The notes below the pieces were generated by a model that was not told the DNA's origin, did not search any database, and worked only from the letters and a program-made list of their open reading frames with translations. The position numbers and the translations under genes were made by a program. Below, piece by piece: positions 7,814 through 16,137 of a stretch of DNA of 40,000 bases (position 1 is its first letter; each line of letters opens with the position of its first letter). The stretch is taken from positions 257,119-297,118 of the forward strand of contig NZ_JAXARY010000002.1 in the NCBI RefSeq assembly GCF_033949435.1, given 5' to 3'. The DNA comes from Methylomonas defluvii. GTDB lineage: Bacteria > Pseudomonadota > Gammaproteobacteria > Methylococcales > Methylomonadaceae.

Positions 7814-7889
7814 TGGAGCTGGCGATGGGACTCGAACCCGCGACCGGCTGATTACAAATCAGCTGCTCTACCAACTGAGCTACACCAGC
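7814..7889 (-). tRNA. tRNA-Thr (anticodon UGU), CCA encoded
   Basis: The reverse complement folds as a cloverleaf: acceptor GCTGGTG/CGCCAGC, D arm GCTC-AGTTGGTA-GAGC, anticodon arm GCTGA-TTTGTAA-TCAGC, T arm GCGGG-TTCGAGT-CCCAT, then TCCA. Confidence 0.9.
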
Positions 7890-7902
7890 AATTCATTCGC
7901 AC

Positions 7903-7908
7903 ATTATA
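7903..7908 (-). promoter_or_regulatory. Candidate -10 box (TATAAT) for tRNA-Thr
   Basis: A perfect TATAAT on the minus strand lies 12 nt upstream of the mature tRNA 5' end. There is no convincing -35. Confidence 0.3.
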
Positions 7909-7962
7909 CCTGTAATTTCGAACTTTTCCAGCACTAAGTTCGGTCAACTCGCCGAATTGCAA

Positions 7963-8805
7963 TCACACACCTTGAATACTGCTCAGCATGCTGCCGATGT
8001 AATTGAGGGTTTCGTGCAGAAAAACAATTAATTCATCGAGTTTATCCTGCACAAACATCAGAAAATGACTGTGGTTGAAGTTTTGATCTTTGTAAAAACT
8101 CAAACCGTTGTTAATGGTATTGGCCCCCATCAACAACATGATGAACGCCGCCGCCTTCAGCATTAAACCGCGTAATTTCACACTCATTTTGCCGAAGGCG
8201 ACGCTGATAAACAGCATCATCGGTAAAGTCCCTGCACCAAATGCCAACATCAACGCGCCCCCCTCAAGCAAGGTAGCAGCCGTGGTGGCTTTCACAGCCA
8301 TCGCAAACGTCAACATACAGGGCATCAAACCATTCAAGAGACCCGCGATAACCGAACCTAGCAGCGGCCCTTTTTGATTCGCCGCAGCATAGCCTTTGCG
8401 TAACACTTGCATGGGAATCAAGCGTATCGAGCCTTGCCAAGGTATCCAGCCCAATACGCCCAGCGCCAGCACAATGACGACCGCGCCCATCAACATTTGT
8501 AAGATACTTTGGATTTTGCCGAACAAGCCGCTGGATACCAGCACTACGCCCAAAGAAGCAGCCAATACGCCGATCAGGGTATACACGGAAATGCGAGCGG
8601 CTTGATAGGCAATATAAGGTAGATAGCTGCGGGTTTTCCCAGCCCGCATGAAGTAACCGGATACTAGCGCCCCGCACATCCCCAGGCAGTGCCCACTACC
8701 CAAGAATCCGGCAACGAACGCCAGGGAGTAATCGAATCCCGTGGCCGCAGCCATTTCGGTCATGCCGTGCATGGCATGATCCATACCTTCCATATTGTGT
8801 TCCAT
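7963..8805 (-). CDS. Polytopic membrane protein (DsbD_2/TauE-like) with a His/Met-rich N-terminus
   Basis: The N-terminus is MEHNMEGMDHAMHGMTEM. It has a GSGHCLGMCGAL motif and multiple hydrophobic segments. Its ATG directly abuts the ATPase stop (TAAATG). Confidence 0.75.
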   Translation of the reverse strand: MEHNMEGMDHAMHGMTEMAAATGFDYSLAFVAGFLGSGHCLGMCGALVSGYFMRAGKTRSYLPYIAYQAARISVYTLIGVLAASLGVVLVSSGLFGKIQSILQMLMGAVVIVLALGVLGWIPWQGSIRLIPMQVLRKGYAAANQKGPLLGSVIAGLLNGLMPCMLTFAMAVKATTAATLLEGGALMLAFGAGTLPMMLFISVAFGKMSVKLRGLMLKAAAFIMLLMGANTINNGLSFYKDQNFNHSHFLMFVQDKLDELIVFLHETLNYIGSMLSSIQGV

Positions 8806-11256
8806 TTATTTGTTCAATCGAAGTGAATTGACGATGACAGACACCGAGCTCAAGGCCATCGCCGCTGACGCGATCATCGGATTGAGCTTGCCCAACGCCG
8901 CCACCGGAATCGCTATGGTGTTGTAACCGAACGCCCAGAATAGATTTTGTTTGATAACGCGGATGGTAAATGCGCTAAGTTCGATAGTGGCGGTGACCTT
9001 GCCTATATCACCTTGCACCAGCGTCAGATCCGCTGATTCGATGGCAATGTCCGTACCGCTGCCAACTGCAAAGCCAACATTGGCCGCCGCCAGCGCCGGC
9101 GCATCATTGATGCCATCGCCTATCATGCCGACGTTGTGCCCTTCATCCTGCAACTGGCGAATGATTTGCAGCTTTTGCTCGGGCTTGGCATTAGCGACCA
9201 CATCAACTATGCCGACCGTATCCGCGATGCAATAAGCGGTTCTTTCAGTGTCACCAGTGACCATCATGGTTTTAATACCCAAGTCGTGCAGCCGCGCAAT
9301 TGCGGCTGCGGCTTCCGGGCGCGGATTGTCGGCAATCGCAAATATGGCCGCTTCCTTGCCGTTGATCGCCATATAAACTGGAGTTTGCCCTTGATCAGCA
9401 AAATTATCGGCCTGCTCCACTAATCGACTCACGTCAACTTGCTGATTCTCCAGCCAAGCCCGGTTACCCAGCAATAATTTATAACCGTCCACCTCGGCGC
9501 GAATACCGTGACCGGTTTCGCTATAAAAATAGGCGCAATCCTGTAACTCGACACCCGCGTCGCGGGCATAGGCCACCACGGCTTTGCCGAGAAAATGCTC
9601 GGAGTTGTTTTCGGCGGATGCCGCCAACATGATTACCTTGTTTTCAGCCAGACGAGATAATTTATAGACCTTGCTTACCCGGGGTTTGCCCTCGGTGATG
9701 GTGCCGGTCTTATCGAAAACAATGGCGTTCAGTTTACTGGCAATTTCCAGACTTTCGCCGTTGCGGATATACACGCCCTGCTTGGCTGCTTGGCCGGTAC
9801 CGACCATGATTGCCGCCGGCGTCGCCAAGCCCAACGCGCAAGGACAAGCGATCAACAAAACAGTGATGGCATTGCCGAAAGCAAACGCGAACGGCGCGCC
9901 GGCCAGCAGCCAACCCACCAACGTCGCACCGGAAATAGCCATCACTGCCGGGACGAATACCGCGGAAATTTTATCGACCTGTTTCTGAATCGGCAGCTTC
10001 GCGGCCTGGGCTTGATCGACCATATGCACGATGCCCGCCAGCACCGTATCCATGCCTATCGCCGTGGCCTTGATATGCAACACGCCGTTGCCGTTGACAC
10101 AACCGCCAATTACCGCATGACCGACGCTCTTCACCACCGGCATACTTTCGCCGGTGATCATTGCCTCATCAACCGTAGAAAGACCGGATACCACCACGCC
10201 GTCGGTGGGAATTTTTTCACCCGGCCTGACCAGCATCACATCGTCGATCTTAATTTCGTCTACATCGATGCTGCGCTCGCTGCCGTCATCTGCCAGTAAA
10301 GTCGCGGTTTGCGGTTGCAAATCCACCAATTTCCGGATCGCTTCCCCGGCTTTGCCTCTGGCCCGCTCCTCCAGATAACGCCCCAGCAGCACAAAAGTGA
10401 TGATGGCTGCGGCTGCTTCGAAATACACATGCCCGCGCCGCCTGAACAGGGACGGAATACTGTAGCCGTAAGCGGAACCCACGCCCAGCGCGATCAAGCT
10501 ATCCATGTTGGCCGCGCGTTGTTTGGCCAGCCGATACGCCTTGCTGAAAAACTGGCTACCGGTGCCGAATACGACTTGCGTGGTCAGCGCAAACTGCAAC
10601 CAATGCATCCAGGTTCGGCCGCCCATCATCATGGCTATCGTCACCACGGGTGTGGTTAACAGCCCTGCCCATACAAATCGACGCCGGGCCACGTCAATTC
10701 GTTGCAACTCCTTTTCGATAAGCTTCTTCCGCTGCGACAGCGTATCGATGGGCATGGCGCTATATCCCAGTTTTTCGATTTTATCGATCACCTCGGCTTT
10801 GCTAATCTGGCCCTGCACCGTCACGGTTTCGGTGGCAAAATTGACGCCGGCTTTTTTAACCCGTTCGTCGCGGTTCAAGACCATTTCGATCAACAGCGCG
10901 CAGGATGCGCAACTCATGCCTTGCACGGCCAAATCAACTTCTTGCAACGGCCCGTCGAATGCTTTTTTCTTGTCTTTTTTTAACTCAGTCTGCTTTAACG
11001 CGATATTGCCCAACACCGCGTCCAACATGATCAGCAAGTTTTTTGCCGGCAAACGGCTGGAATCGAATTCGATAACTACCGAACCAATTTCAAACACCGA
11101 GCGCACACTTTTAATTTCCGGGCGCTTTTTCAGCAGGATTTCCAGGATATAGCCACGCTCCGGGTCGTTAAGCAACACCGGCGTAATGATCCGAAGCCGA
11201 TTTTTTAGCTGATGTCGAACGGAAAAATGCACGTAATTTAGAGTATCGGTTTCCAT
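8806..11256 (-). CDS. Heavy-metal (Cu-type) translocating P1B-type ATPase
   Basis: Motifs present: GMSCASCA (HMA CxxC), TGES, CPC ([12 protein letters not shown]), DKTGTIT and GDGINDAP. It also has an extra Cys-less N-terminal domain. Confidence 0.92.
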   Translation of the reverse strand: METDTLNYVHFSVRHQLKNRLRIITPVLLNDPERGYILEILLKKRPEIKSVRSVFEIGSVVIEFDSSRLPAKNLLIMLDAVLGNIALKQTELKKDKKKAFDGPLQEVDLAVQGMSCASCALLIEMVLNRDERVKKAGVNFATETVTVQGQISKAEVIDKIEKLGYSAMPIDTLSQRKKLIEKELQRIDVARRRFVWAGLLTTPVVTIAMMMGGRTWMHWLQFALTTQVVFGTGSQFFSKAYRLAKQRAANMDSLIALGVGSAYGYSIPSLFRRRGHVYFEAAAAIITFVLLGRYLEERARGKAGEAIRKLVDLQPQTATLLADDGSERSIDVDEIKIDDVMLVRPGEKIPTDGVVVSGLSTVDEAMITGESMPVVKSVGHAVIGGCVNGNGVLHIKATAIGMDTVLAGIVHMVDQAQAAKLPIQKQVDKISAVFVPAVMAISGATLVGWLLAGAPFAFAFGNAITVLLIACPCALGLATPAAIMVGTGQAAKQGVYIRNGESLEIASKLNAIVFDKTGTITEGKPRVSKVYKLSRLAENKVIMLAASAENNSEHFLGKAVVAYARDAGVELQDCAYFYSETGHGIRAEVDGYKLLLGNRAWLENQQVDVSRLVEQADNFADQGQTPVYMAINGKEAAIFAIADNPRPEAAAAIARLHDLGIKTMMVTGDTERTAYCIADTVGIVDVVANAKPEQKLQIIRQLQDEGHNVGMIGDGINDAPALAAANVGFAVGSGTDIAIESADLTLVQGDIGKVTATIELSAFTIRVIKQNLFWAFGYNTIAIPVAALGKLNPMIASAAMALSSVSVIVNSLRLNK

Positions 11257-11325
11257 GGGCGACTGAGGATTTGATGGGCTAGCGAGCCAACCCTATGGAA
11301 ATCATAGGATTGGCGTTGACAATCT

Positions 11326-11946
11326 CTACTTGGGCCGGCGCGAACGCACTAATAAGAAAAACATATAAAACACAGCCATCCACTCGTAACGATGCACGAT
11401 GGGTTTGACCAACCACTCCTGCGTGATGCGGGTCCAGTGAGTTTTTATCAAATACAAGACCAGCACATCGTTCAAAAAATCTATCGTGGCTTTTTCGGGA
11501 TCTTTAAACAGAGCTTTCGGGCCTTTGGTACTGACCTTACCGATAATTTTGGCCGCCTGTACCGTTTCCTTGCCGGCTTGATATTTATCATTGAACCACC
11601 CGCCAATCCGGGTACCTTTCAATCGCTTTTTGATGCCGAGAACAGACTTTTTAGCCTTCTCCGCTAACGGTTTACTGTCGAAATAACCTTGCTGCTCCAA
11701 TTCGGCAAGGATTTGAAACAACTGTGCCGCCAAACTGGTAAAGCCACAGATAGCCTCATCGTATCTGATTGATAATTTGCCCTGCCCGCGATACAGGCTG
11801 ACGGATTGGACGCCGCTTATCGCACCAAGTCTGGTACTTATCAATGTTGCCACCGTCGGTTGACAAGCTTGCGCGGGCACCTGAAAACGCACATGACCGT
11901 CATGGCGGTAACGTAGTACAAATTCTTTTTGGATAGCCATAGTCAA
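11326..11946 (-). CDS. Hypothetical protein (206 aa): Cys-less HMA-like N-domain plus a C-terminal membrane anchor
   Basis: Its N-terminal ~75 aa parallel the ATPase N-domain (FVLRYRHDGHVRFQVP...VQSVSLYRGQGKLSIRYD versus [16 protein letters not shown]...[18 protein letters not shown]). The C-terminus has a hydrophobic WMAVFYMFFLLV segment. Confidence 0.65.
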   Translation of the reverse strand: MTMAIQKEFVLRYRHDGHVRFQVPAQACQPTVATLISTRLGAISGVQSVSLYRGQGKLSIRYDEAICGFTSLAAQLFQILAELEQQGYFDSKPLAEKAKKSVLGIKKRLKGTRIGGWFNDKYQAGKETVQAAKIIGKVSTKGPKALFKDPEKATIDFLNDVLVLYLIKTHWTRITQEWLVKPIVHRYEWMAVFYMFFLLVRSRRPK

Positions 11947-12030
11947 CAGGGGAAAGTAAAACGGGCGGCCCTGCTTTAGCAGCGACCACCCGTTTCAAGT
12001 TACAGCCAAATGTCCAAGAATCGAACGGGG

Positions 12031-12327
12031 TTAATTGCCTTCTTTCGCTTCGGCAACAATGTCTTCGAGATTTTCTTTTTGATGCAACACAAAATCCTTG
12101 CCGGCATCGATAGTTTTTGTGGCGCTGGAAATAATTTCCTTTCTGTATTTGTAAACAAAATAGCCCGCCACCATGCCTGCACCGAACACCAATAGAGGGT
12201 GCTTCGCTAATTTAGTCATCAATTTTCCTCCAGTGTTTACAGTTGCAGTGGCTAGTGTACCAGCCACCACCTGCTTAGTCATGGATGAATCGTTCGAGCT
12301 CTTCTTTGAATTGTGAACATGGGCCAT
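12031..12327 (-). CDS. Small single-pass membrane protein (98 aa)
   Basis: It has one hydrophobic segment (PLLVFGAGMVAGYFVY) and lies on the same strand as the metal operon. Confidence 0.5.
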   Translation of the reverse strand: MAHVHNSKKSSNDSSMTKQVVAGTLATATVNTGGKLMTKLAKHPLLVFGAGMVAGYFVYKYRKEIISSATKTIDAGKDFVLHQKENLEDIVAEAKEGN

Positions 12328-12345
12328 ATGCGTCCTCGTTGCTGG

Positions 12346-12537
12346 TTAAGACCGGGTCTGGTTTGAATCGTCGGCGTCTTCAGGTAAAACCTGTGCTTCA
12401 TGCAACATTTGATAGATCCCCTTGCAGCCCTCGCAGCAAAAGCGCTTGTCGCCTTGCAGGGTTTTTAATCTAAACCCTTCCACTTCAACGGCTAACCCGC
12501 AAAGATCGCAGCTTTTCTTATTATCATCCATTGTCAC
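12346..12537 (-). CDS. Stand-alone Cys-rich metal-binding domain protein (63 aa), like the N-terminal metal-binding domain of FixI/CcoI-type ATPases
   Basis: It has the pattern CDLCGL...(x19)...FCCEGCKGIY, i.e. CxxC...CCxxC. Confidence 0.65.
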   Translation of the reverse strand: MTMDDNKKSCDLCGLAVEVEGFRLKTLQGDKRFCCEGCKGIYQMLHEAQVLPEDADDSNQTRS

Positions 12538-12706
12538 ACGAACTCACTTATTACCTGTGCACATTGCAGAATTATAGCGCCTAAATAAACCTAGTACACA
12601 CGAGGCGAAAAAACTAAAGCAAGCACCGCCAAGGCCAATACACGTAGGGGATTATCTTTAGTCCTAACGCTTACCAAGCCAGCAACAGGTAGATTTATCT
12701 GTCTGG

Positions 12707-12916
12707 TCATCGTTTGCCGTGTGCGGCTCGGCTAGATGCCTTCATCAACGCAATTCTCAGGGCACCAGTCAAACTCGCGCTCAAACCAAGACGCATCGCC
12801 AAGGCAGGTACCAATATCATTGACGCCACCGCCAAACCTGCCCCCAGCACCAAGCCGGCGGTGTTGATTTGCTGTGCCACGACTTCTTGATTTACAACAA
12901 TTAATTCTTGAGCCAT
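12707..12916 (-). CDS. Small hydrophobic protein (~69 aa)
   Basis: GAGGT sits 6 nt upstream of the second ATG (12916). The sequence is Ala/Leu/Gly-rich and hydrophobic. A competing ORF in another frame (12732-12929) lowers confidence. Confidence 0.35.
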   Translation of the reverse strand: MAQELIVVNQEVVAQQINTAGLVLGAGLAVASMILVPALAMRLGLSASLTGALRIALMKASSRAAHGKR

Positions 12917-13096
12917 TAACATACCTCACGCAGAAAAAATTAAAAATCCACCGGAGGTAAACAGCATAAAAGATGCCAAAATATAATCATTTGATTATAT
13001 TGACTAAAAGCAAAAATGTTTTAAAAAACCAGCAAAAACAAGGGAAATGCCTCGTTATTTTTAAGTTATTTAACATAGTTTTTGTAAAGAGCATTC

Positions 13097-13142
13097 AAAA
13101 AAAATCCCCAGCCTTGTATCTGAATGCGATACAAAAACCGGG
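13097..13142 (-). terminator. Rho-independent terminator downstream of lysC
   Basis: The minus strand reads CCCCGGTTTTTGTATC-gcattca-GATACAAGGCTGGGG followed by ATTTTTTTT, about 50 nt after the lysC stop. Confidence 0.75.
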
Positions 13143-13192
13143 GACTATTGATTGTCTAGCGCTCGCAACGAGCAAAAATCAGCGTGTCAAAA

Positions 13193-14413
13193 CTACTCCT
13201 GATCAAGGCCAAACGCTTTGTGCAATGCGCGCACTGCCAGCTCCAGGTACTTCTCGTCAACCACCACGGAAATCTTGATTTCGGATGTCGAGATCATCTG
13301 GATATTGATACCTTCGTCGGCCAATACTTTGAACATGGTGCTCGCGATGCCCGCGTGCGAACGCATACCGACGCCGACAATCGACACTTTGACGATACTG
13401 TTATCGCCAATGATGGTCGTGTTACCGCCCAAGTCGGCGCGCAAACCTTCCAACACTTTCTGCGCGCGGGCAAAGTCGTTGCGATTCACCGTAAAGGTGA
13501 AATCGGTCGTGCCATGTGCGGAAATGTTCTGCACGATCATGTCCACCTCGATATTCTCGGCGGCGATCGGTCCCAGGATTTTCGACGCCACGCCCGGCAG
13601 ATCAGGCACGCCGGTCAAGGTCAGCTTGGCCTCGTCCCGGTTAAACGCGATGCCTGAAATTAACGCTCTTTCCATTTCTGATTCCTCGTAGGTAATAAGG
13701 GTGCCGTTGCCTTCCATAAACGAAGACAACACGCGCAATTTGACATTGTATTTGCCGGCGAACTCGACCGAACGGATTTGTAAGACTTTCGAGCCCAAGC
13801 TGGCCATTTCCAGCATTTCCTCAAAAGTGATGTGATCCAGGCGGCGGGCTTTCGGCACCACGCGCGGATCGGTGGTATACACGCCGTCCACGTCGGTGTA
13901 GATATGACATTCGTCGGCTTTCAAAGCCGCCGCCAAAGCCACGCCGGTAGTATCCGAACCACCACGGCCCAGGGTAGTGATATTGCCATGCTCGTCCACG
14001 CCCTGAAAACCGGCCACCACGACAACCCTTCCGGCATCCAGATCAGCGCGCATATTCGCTTCATCTATCTCCCGAATCCGCGCTTTGGTGTGCGCGCTAT
14101 CGGTCAGAATACGCACTTGAGCGCCGGTATAGGATCGCGCTTCGCAACCCAACTGATGCAAAGCCATCGACAGCAAGGCGATGGTGACTTGCTCGCCAGT
14201 GGACAGCAACACATCCAGCTCACGGTCGGTCGGCTGTGGCTGCAACTCTTTTGCCAAAGCCACGAGGCGATTGGTTTCGCCGCTCATCGCGGACACCACC
14301 ACCACAATCTGATCGCCCGCATCGCGGGCTTTTTTCACTTTCTCGGCGACCGCCTTGATACGTTCCACCGTACCAACGGAAGTGCCGCCAAATTTATAGA
14401 CGTACAATGCCAT
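13193..14413 (-). CDS. lysC: Aspartate kinase
   Basis: It has the N-terminal YVYKFGGTSVG kinase motif. The length is 406 aa, with a C-terminal ACT-type regulatory region. Confidence 0.95.
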   Translation of the reverse strand: MALYVYKFGGTSVGTVERIKAVAEKVKKARDAGDQIVVVVSAMSGETNRLVALAKELQPQPTDRELDVLLSTGEQVTIALLSMALHQLGCEARSYTGAQVRILTDSAHTKARIREIDEANMRADLDAGRVVVVAGFQGVDEHGNITTLGRGGSDTTGVALAAALKADECHIYTDVDGVYTTDPRVVPKARRLDHITFEEMLEMASLGSKVLQIRSVEFAGKYNVKLRVLSSFMEGNGTLITYEESEMERALISGIAFNRDEAKLTLTGVPDLPGVASKILGPIAAENIEVDMIVQNISAHGTTDFTFTVNRNDFARAQKVLEGLRADLGGNTTIIGDNSIVKVSIVGVGMRSHAGIASTMFKVLADEGINIQMISTSEIKISVVVDEKYLELAVRALHKAFGLDQE

Positions 14414-14452
14414 GCTTTTTTTGACCTTTCTCGGCTATTAGGGCTTTATTGT

Positions 14453-14712
14453 TGTGTCGCTGTCGCGACTGATTAATTTAACGTCGGTTCTCGCACCGAC
14501 AGGCGAGATACTTTCTTTTGCATCGCCAAAAGAAAGTATCCAAAGAAAAGGCGACCCGGACGCCGCTTTAACCCTGCGCGCCTCGCTTTTAGCGGGGGTT
14601 GCCGAAAGGGGCTCCTGCCCCTTCGTCAACGCGATGCATCCCTGCATCGCCCCTTCGGGCTGATCCCGCCAAAAGCTCCGGTGCTCGGCGCGGCATACGG
14701 GACAAAAACCAT
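14453..14712. repeat. Copy A of a ~258-bp structured repeat, inverted relative to copy B
   Basis: Hand alignment to the reverse complement of 16138-16404 gives ~26 differences in ~258 positions. It contains perfect hairpins at 14483-14500, 14507-14540 (14-bp stem), 14607-14622 and 14631-14650. Confidence 0.9.
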
Positions 14713-14751
14713 CCAGGCATTTATTGAAAAACCTATAATATTTCTTTCGCG

Positions 14752-15222
14752 TTAATCAGCCGATTTCCTAGCGATGTTACATATGACAAATGTAACAAGA
14801 AAAATTTGCACCAAGTTATTTATAAAAGACATAAGTAACAAATAGAACGGCAAAGAATTGCTATTTGGAGAAAATCCGTAAACCGATAACGAAGCAGTGA
14901 TTAATAAACAAATTATCGAAAAATAATAGGTAAAGAAAAACGTATCGAGGTATCCATTTCTTTTATAAGCCTCAAAATTAGGCGATTTCGTGAAAACAAA
15001 TAAAATAGTAATTACAGTCACTAGAAAACCAAGCATTGTGTAAGAAAAACCAGCAATCATATTAGCCAGATCTTTCTTGTTTTCGGATAACAACCAAGGA
15101 GAAATCCAGTGAAGCTCAGTCGTTTTCTTGTAGATCAGATAAAGCACTGGACCAGGAACCAGCATCGCAAAACTTAGAAATAGATTCAACATTACCTTGC
15201 TTGATCGCTTCATCCTGCTCAT
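14752..15222 (-). CDS. RexB-like four-TM membrane protein (156 aa)
   Basis: It has four hydrophobic segments (aa ~10-31, 55-77, 92-117, 124-150). The SD GAAGGTGA sits 6 nt upstream of the ATG at 15222. Size, topology and position after a RexA-like gene match lambda RexB (144 aa) as I remember it. Confidence 0.65.
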   Translation of the reverse strand: MSRMKRSSKVMLNLFLSFAMLVPGPVLYLIYKKTTELHWISPWLLSENKKDLANMIAGFSYTMLGFLVTVITILFVFTKSPNFEAYKRNGYLDTFFFTYYFSIICLLITASLSVYGFSPNSNSLPFYLLLMSFINNLVQIFLVTFVICNIARKSAD

Positions 15223-16057
15223 GTTCGATCACCTTCTTTTTGAGAACTGAATTGTTGGTAATTTTCTCCCTAATCTTTGTAGCAATTTCTCTCTCATCCC
15301 GCGTGTTGATATTGTCTGCTACTATCCCATTGCCAGCCAGATATAAATCAATCAAGGATGGGTGAAGATCATCTTTTGCGCGAACAACAAGCTTCTCAAG
15401 ACCTTCATCAGGAATTCTTGCCATCATTTTTTTGACAGCTTTTCCGATATCCTTTCTAGCTTTAGGTTCGATCACAATTTCTAAACTATCAACATCTTCA
15501 AACTCATCAGCGCTACCTCCAAGGTAATTGGCGATATCATCAAAAAAATCATTCGATTTATTTATCTGAATCGTCGATTTCCCAATAAAAGGCATAGACA
15601 TAGCTTCTGCTTTCGTGGCTTGGTGAAGAAATGGTATTAAGTTAAATTGATATTCCGTAATTCCTATCGACGACAAAACGTCATTTATGAAATTACCAAA
15701 CGATGCAAGACGTGGCGCCATCGTTGTAGAAGCAAATCCAAGGTAGCTATCCATGACAAAAACGTAAGATGCAAAACCGAGCATCTCATCCTTATCAAGT
15801 ACATCATAAATTTCACCCACACTAGTATCTTGCGAATTTATCTTTTTGATAACTTCTTTGCTTCGAGTCTGGATAAACAAATACAAGTCACCAGGCCCAT
15901 GCAACAAAAAGATATGTTCTCCATTATGTGTAAATTTGTTTTTATAATTTGGATCTTTAAACTGACAAAAGGCTTGAATGAAGTTCTTAATAGGCATTCT
16001 GTATTTAACGCCAGTTTTTACCTCAGTAAAAACATATCCATAATAGCTCAGTTTCAT
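15116..16057 (-). CDS. RexA-like protein (313 aa)
   Basis: Colinear blocks match lambda RexA from memory: LFIQTRSKEVIKKINS / LFTKTNDKSLVQKINR; LGFASYVFV..GFASTT / LGFPSFLFV..GFARTV; PFIGKSTIQI / HFIGRTTVKV; DSLEIVIEPKARKDIGKAVKKM / DSLDIVIKPKFKRDIKKVAKDI; VRAKDD / LRAKDE. Confidence 0.7.
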   Translation of the reverse strand: MKLSYYGYVFTEVKTGVKYRMPIKNFIQAFCQFKDPNYKNKFTHNGEHIFLLHGPGDLYLFIQTRSKEVIKKINSQDTSVGEIYDVLDKDEMLGFASYVFVMDSYLGFASTTMAPRLASFGNFINDVLSSIGITEYQFNLIPFLHQATKAEAMSMPFIGKSTIQINKSNDFFDDIANYLGGSADEFEDVDSLEIVIEPKARKDIGKAVKKMMARIPDEGLEKLVVRAKDDLHPSLIDLYLAGNGIVADNINTRDEREIATKIREKITNNSVLKKKVIEHEQDEAIKQGNVESISKFCDAGSWSSALSDLQEND

Positions 16058-16137
16058 GTCTGCTTTTTTATCCTAAAAGTTAAATAACCGCTTATCTATG
16101 ACAGTTTTTGTTTACCCGTGCTGAATGCCGCTTCATA

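Noticed and set aside
8108-11152. Antisense or alternate-frame ORFs (69-215 aa) inside the DsbD_2-like gene and the P-type ATPase gene
   Set aside because: These are shadow ORFs of long, well-supported genes and show no independent signals.
12973-13278. 101-aa plus-strand ORF across the AT-rich intergenic region and into the lysC 3' end
   Set aside because: It spans the lysC terminator hairpin and runs antisense into lysC. It has a K/N/I-rich AT-driven composition and no SD.
14438-14663. ORFs of 69 aa on both strands inside repeat copy A. Similar ORFs of 71-93 aa lie inside copy B (16096-16425), sharing peptides such as SFASPKESIQRKGDPDAA.
   Set aside because: The shared peptides simply reflect the inverted DNA repeat. 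Several frames on both strands are open at once, there are no SD sequences, and the sequence is dominated by hairpins. I treated them as non-coding repeat sequence.
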